Source of the DNA: Vairimorpha necatrix
Taxonomy: Eukaryota
Direction of reading: 5' to 3'
DNA length: 64,000 nt
NCBI GenBank assembly: GCA_036630325.1
Contig: CP142736.1
Location: forward strand, 310,001-374,000
This document shows positions 58,973 through 64,000 of the stretch, piece by piece. Made by a program: the position numbers and the translations under genes. The notes beneath the pieces are model-generated. The model was not told the DNA's origin, made no database searches, and was given only the letters and a program-made list of their open reading frames with translations. Each line of letters opens with the position of its first letter. Position 1 is the first letter of the stretch.

Positions 58973-59344
58973 TGTGATGTACATTACTACATCACATAAG
59001 CAGTTGTCAATACTAGCAGCTGTCAAAACTATCACATGTCGAAACTATCAACCGGCGAACATTTCAAGTTGCATGTCAAGATGAGTCACACAAACAAACG
59101 AAAGTTGCATGGTCGTTACTACATTCGTAAGTACGCCAATGTTTGTAGTTTAGTGTTGACAACAATCTTTAAATTAAAAATAAACTATAAAAGAAATATT
59201 GCTGAGAAGGGGACGCGGAAATGATTAGAGAAGATTCATTAAACAATCAGAACAAATATCATAATAAACTTAATAAAACTATTAACATTAACAATTATTT
59301 AGAACAATATTACAAAAATGGCCATGTACCCCGGATACATGACA
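58973..59344 (+). mobile_element. Solo LTR, family 1
   Basis: TGTGATGTA...TACATGACA, TSD TTAAG/ATAAG; inverted relative to the 57054 copy. Confidence 0.88.
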
Positions 59345-60351
59345 ATAAGTAAGAAAAACTTTACATTTAAATTTTAAAAACCTCAAACGTTGGTTTAACC
59401 CGGGTAATATTCTAAAAAAAACTTTATGGAAAGTCTAATGGCATCAACAATCTACAGTGCTATTATTAATTTATATGAATAATTATTACACAAAATTATA
59501 GTTAGCATTTTTTTAAAATTGTCGATTATTCAGAATTAAAATTAATATTAATAATAAAATCGAAAGAGTATTAAAATAATATATCGGTACATATTTCTAG
59601 TGTTTATTTAACATATTTTTCAAGTAGCGAAGGAGGTGACTTGTTGAATGTAATACTCTCATAAGTTTGGGCATGTCATCGTCGTAGTCTTCATAATTCC
59701 TTTTCAGATATCTACTTACTTCTTATACGTACATTTCATATTGATATTCTCATAACGCATCATGATTTTTTTTCAAAAATTTATTTCAGAAAATTCGTCG
59801 ATGTGTTTGACAGTTAAAAGTTTAATATTACGTGAAAACATTAATATAACAAAGGAGATTTTTCAATACCTAGGAGTAATTACATTTTTTTTGTTTATAA
59901 GAGCTAAGTTGTACTATTTTTGCGAAATAAAAATCAAGAAATCTTTTGAATTGTGCATAGCTGAAACTTTTAATAGACAAATAATGTTTTAAAATACAGA
60001 AGCTTTTTTTATCTACCTTTTTACGGTTTAACAGACGATAGCCGATTTTTTTCACATTATAGCAGATAAATAAAAAAGATCAAAAATTAATAAAATATTA
60101 AAAATAAGGTACTTTATGCAATAATGTATTTATTACACCAGTATATAATTGGTCAATACAAAATTTTTACATTATAAATAATGATTTGACATCTCTCTGT
60201 GATTCTATAATAAAATGTCAAAAAAAATCTATAATTGTTGTAAATAGTTTATATTTTATAATTTTTAATATATATATATAAAATATTTTTGGAAATACGG
60301 TTGAAAAATATGACATGAGACCATATATATATAATTTTCAAAATCTACCCC

Positions 60352-63153
60352 ATGATTAAACGGCTCTATTTAATACTAACAACTGTTTTTATTTGTTTGT
60401 TATTTTTCAATCAAAGTATTGCGCATATAGTAAAAAATAAAGAAATGATGACGAAAACTATGGATACCTATCTTAGTAATATGGCCGAAAAACATGATGA
60501 TATTGATGAATTGAGATTTTCCGACCAGCCAGAAAAAAGCCCTATTACAGATGTTGAAAACTTTTGTCATAATAATACTGAATTAACGACATCATTTAAT
60601 TTGCGCAACGAACATATCATAATTCAAAGTCCTTTTGCGAATGAAAACAAAGAAATAACAAATAATATCGATTTTGTAGTTCTTAAACATGTATGTAATA
60701 AGTTTTTTCAATTATTATTAACGAAAAATGAATTTAATAGTAGGCTGAGGCAGATTTATCTTGCCACAAATAAAACTTATTCGTATCCCAAGAACTTGGA
60801 GGAGCTTTTTTATATATCAGTTAAAAATTATGCTTGCAATGTAGAATTACACCCATCTATCAAAATTTTGTATTTTGAATATTTGAAAGATTTTGTAGCC
60901 GAAAGTTTTGAACTGATATTTATATTATCTAGTAAAAAATTTCAAAGATCGTTTTTGACGCCACTAGAATATGAACGGATATGGTCTGATATAGATAAAT
61001 GTATTGAAATAAAATTTTATACTAATAGTGAGGATAAATTAGAAAAAATGTTCGATGGCATAAAATACAAGAAAATTGTAGGTAACCTCCAAAAACTTGC
61101 TGATAGATTAAATGATCAATTTTATGCAACCAATAGAGCTAAAAATCAGATGCCTAGTTTTTTGGAATATATGTCAGCTGCTACTAATGGATTATCTTTG
61201 CTAAAATACATGAGTCAGATATCAAATAAAAATAATGTATTGCCTACTGAAATGGTAATGTATGATGATCATAATAATCTGCGCGAAACAACTACTCGAT
61301 ATTCTTCGGTTATAGATGATAATCCTTATGGATATATAGCCAATTCAAATTACGACTATAGCAGAGAACCTGAATTACCATTTGATGTGCAAATTAAAAA
61401 TAATGACAATTCTACTAAAGTCGGCAAAAATGAATATAGCACAATTAAAAGTGACATTGACTCTGCTGCCGACACAATAAGAATTTTCCACTTTGATACC
61501 ACAACAAAGGTCGATTCTTCTACTGAGACAACTAAAAAATCAGACGAAGAAACAGCAACAAGAAAACATTTGGTTAGTTCAACAACAGACAACCATTTTT
61601 CAGTTATAACTGAAGTTGATACAATCAGTTCACAATATAATAATTCTTTTGATCGAATTACAACAGAAGAGAATTCTACTAATATGACTCGAATAAAACA
61701 CGAAGAAAAAACTGCAAGAGAAATTTATACAAATAGTTCAACAAACGATGATTTATTTGGTACAACTACAAAAGAAGAGCATTCTACATATAAAACAGTG
61801 AAAAGTTCTGACGACGAAAATACAACGGAAGTTAATACGTTAAGTTCAACGATAGATGATTCATTTTTTAAAACTACAAAAAAAGAGGATGCTGCTAATG
61901 TAACAACAAAAATTTATGAGGAAGAAACAACAACAGAAACTAATAAGAGTGTAACAATCAATGATTTTGTGTATAAAGCCCCCGAAGAGACCATTTCGAC
62001 AACTGTTTTAAACGTTTCTAGTAGTGAAGAGATATTAACTGACGGATTCTTGACTGTCGTTGATTTTAATACTTCTGTATCTCCATCACCATACATAAAA
62101 ATTAATGATGCGAATGATGATAATTTTAAAACAGAATTACCTTCAACAATTACAACCGAAATAAACAAGATAGATAAGATTAAAAAAAGTTCTTATGACG
62201 AAAATGATAAAAATAATACTCAGCCGATTAGATATTATTTACCTGATCAAAATTATAATAACCAAGATCCGTCCATTGAATCTGGTCCCAAAGGACCAGG
62301 TTTATTATCGAAAGTCGTCAAAAAAGTCATTGATGTGGGCTCGGACGCTGTAGATGCAGTTGAAGATATAGCTGTAGAAGCTGGTGGTGCGATAGCTAAA
62401 AAAGGCATAAGAAAAGTCACTAAGCGTATAGACAAAGGAATGCAAGCAGCCAAGGGAGCTTTAGATGCCATAGGCGTTGGTTCAGATATTGGCTCTGGTT
62501 TACAATCTATAGTAAAAAATGAGGGAAATTCAAAAAACTTTCCAATAAAAAAAAAATCAACAGGAATACAAAAGCAAAAAACGCATGGAAAGTATAATTT
62601 AAAGTCAAAAAAAAATAGTAGACAACAGTCAGTCGAAGGAACTAAAAAATCAGCAAGAGATAAAGGAGGAAAAACTAAAAATACAGATGGAAAGGAAGAA
62701 AAGAAAACTAAAAAACCAGTAAAAGATAAAGAAAGGAAAACTAAAAATACAATTAGTAAAGAAGAGAAGAAAATTAAAAAACCAGAAAAAGATAAAGAAA
62801 GGAAAACTAAAAATACAATTAGTAAAGAAGAGAAGAAAATTAAAAAACCAGTAAGAGATAAAGAAAGAAAAACTAAAAAACCAGTCAAAGATAAAAAAAG
62901 AACTGCAAAAAAATCAGGAGAAAACAATAAAAAGGAAAAAAGTGATCAGTATAAAATGGCTAAGAATAAATCAAAAGATTTTTTTAGTGGAATTGCGGAC
63001 GTTTTAAAACTTAATTGGAAAATATTGACCGCATTATTGGGTTTTATATTACCTATTATTGCCGTATTATGTAGTTGTTTTGGAAAAACAATGTTTAAAT
63101 GTTGTAGCCCGAAGAAGAAAAATATCGACGAGGAGAAAAAAGAATTGAGTTAA
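60352..63153 (+). CDS. Type I membrane/surface mucin-like protein, paralog B
   Basis: Signal peptide; shared NNIDF.VLK.VCNKFF / RIWSDI.KC domain; long Thr/Ser/Glu region; 22-aa Lys-rich tandem repeats (~62670-62900); TM; KCCSPKKK tail. Confidence 0.88.
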   Translation: MIKRLYLILTTVFICLLFFNQSIAHIVKNKEMMTKTMDTYLSNMAEKHDDIDELRFSDQPEKSPITDVENFCHNNTELTTSFNLRNEHIIIQSPFANENKEITNNIDFVVLKHVCNKFFQLLLTKNEFNSRLRQIYLATNKTYSYPKNLEELFYISVKNYACNVELHPSIKILYFEYLKDFVAESFELIFILSSKKFQRSFLTPLEYERIWSDIDKCIEIKFYTNSEDKLEKMFDGIKYKKIVGNLQKLADRLNDQFYATNRAKNQMPSFLEYMSAATNGLSLLKYMSQISNKNNVLPTEMVMYDDHNNLRETTTRYSSVIDDNPYGYIANSNYDYSREPELPFDVQIKNNDNSTKVGKNEYSTIKSDIDSAADTIRIFHFDTTTKVDSSTETTKKSDEETATRKHLVSSTTDNHFSVITEVDTISSQYNNSFDRITTEENSTNMTRIKHEEKTAREIYTNSSTNDDLFGTTTKEEHSTYKTVKSSDDENTTEVNTLSSTIDDSFFKTTKKEDAANVTTKIYEEETTTETNKSVTINDFVYKAPEETISTTVLNVSSSEEILTDGFLTVVDFNTSVSPSPYIKINDANDDNFKTELPSTITTEINKIDKIKKSSYDENDKNNTQPIRYYLPDQNYNNQDPSIESGPKGPGLLSKVVKKVIDVGSDAVDAVEDIAVEAGGAIAKKGIRKVTKRIDKGMQAAKGALDAIGVGSDIGSGLQSIVKNEGNSKNFPIKKKSTGIQKQKTHGKYNLKSKKNSRQQSVEGTKKSARDKGGKTKNTDGKEEKKTKKPVKDKERKTKNTISKEEKKIKKPEKDKERKTKNTISKEEKKIKKPVRDKERKTKKPVKDKKRTAKKSGENNKKEKSDQYKMAKNKSKDFFSGIADVLKLNWKILTALLGFILPIIAVLCSCFGKTMFKCCSPKKKNIDEEKKELS

Positions 63154-64000
63154 AATAAACAAATTTTTATTTTCTTTACATATAAATACATCATTATATG
63201 CTTGAAATATACAAAAAAGTTTTAATCTACATTAACATATCAAAACGCCGGAAGGATATGGTGATAAAATATAGGTCATAGCATGGATTTAAAAAAATAC
63301 AGTTACTGAGACATTAATAAATTATATTTATAGTAAATGCTTAGTTCTTATAACACCATAATCTACAAAATAAACGCTTTTCGACAATATTAGCAACACC
63401 GAGATTAAAATAATAGTGACATTATTTCGCTGATTATTATTATATTATATTATATGGAAAAGGAGATATTTGATATAAACCCTGTCATGGCCGATCAAAT
63501 ACTGACTAATCATATTCTAGAAAACGTACTGATGTGATTGGCCACAAAAAAGTATAGAAAATATATCAAAAGGATGGAATTAAAATGCAATAAAGTTTTT
63601 GACATTAATACATTAAAAAACTTTTGACTCTTTTCGCCCTATATCTTACTTGTTTGTCGATAATTGTATCTAAATCTCTCCCATTTCAGTATTTTAAAGA
63701 GAAGATACTCTTCTTGAATCTTAGTCCTTTTCTTAAAAGATAAAAATTATATTTATAAGAAGTTAATTGGATTGATTATTCTATTTTTTTATTATTAAAC
63801 TGTTTAATTTCTTGGTTTGTCTTTCTTTTTGCCCCAAGGACACTAGTTTCGAGTCCACGGGCGTAAAAAATAGTGTAAAAATAAAAACGTAGTCTGAAAT
63901 AGCTAAAAATCAGAGATAAGGTAAAATTTTATGTATATATATAAAAAAACAAAACTAGAATAAACAAAATTATTATCGTAAAGTGGGGAATGATACATGA

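Noticed and set aside
57134-59224. Two similar short ORFs (TNKRKLHGRYYIRKYANV)
   Set aside because: Both lie within solo LTR copies; the similarity is at the DNA-repeat level
62253-62927. 224-aa hydrophobic antisense ORF and other shadow ORFs (e.g. 1707-2201, 3735-4031, 33670-34074, 49864-50316)
   Set aside because: Antisense by-products of Lys-rich or long coding strands
63831-63865. tRNA fragment (GCCC...GTTTCGAGTCCACGGGCG)
   Set aside because: Only a B-box-like piece; no cloverleaf

Overview
AT-rich eukaryotic DNA from a microsporidian, most like Nosema/Vairimorpha. Evidence: compact intronless genes, a CCC/GGG motif just upstream of most start codons, and divergent housekeeping proteins. 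Housekeeping genes: RNA pol I second subunit and Rsa4/Notchless (1.8-6.5 kb), then a dense core at 18.4-32.7 kb (SPCS1, Rua1-type Zn finger, a 43-aa smORF, Spt16, frameshifted ABCG, two LSm proteins, V-ATPase C, Mn-SOD, Hsp70). Accessory regions hold a secreted tyrosinase, a probable membrane-anchored USP deubiquitinase and two paralogous mucin-like type I membrane proteins. Mobile DNA is abundant: a decayed APE-RT LINE flanked by fragments of itself, two decayed Ty3/gypsy elements (one with 49-bp LTRs), solo LTRs with TSDs, a Helitron dimer, Merlin elements and a Ginger-like integrase. The best novelty candidate is a ~765-nt non-coding element present in two diverged copies (7263-8025, 12968-13736, minus strand). 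It has a tRNA-like Pol III head and a body with compensatory base-pair changes. All calls were made by eye, without database searches.
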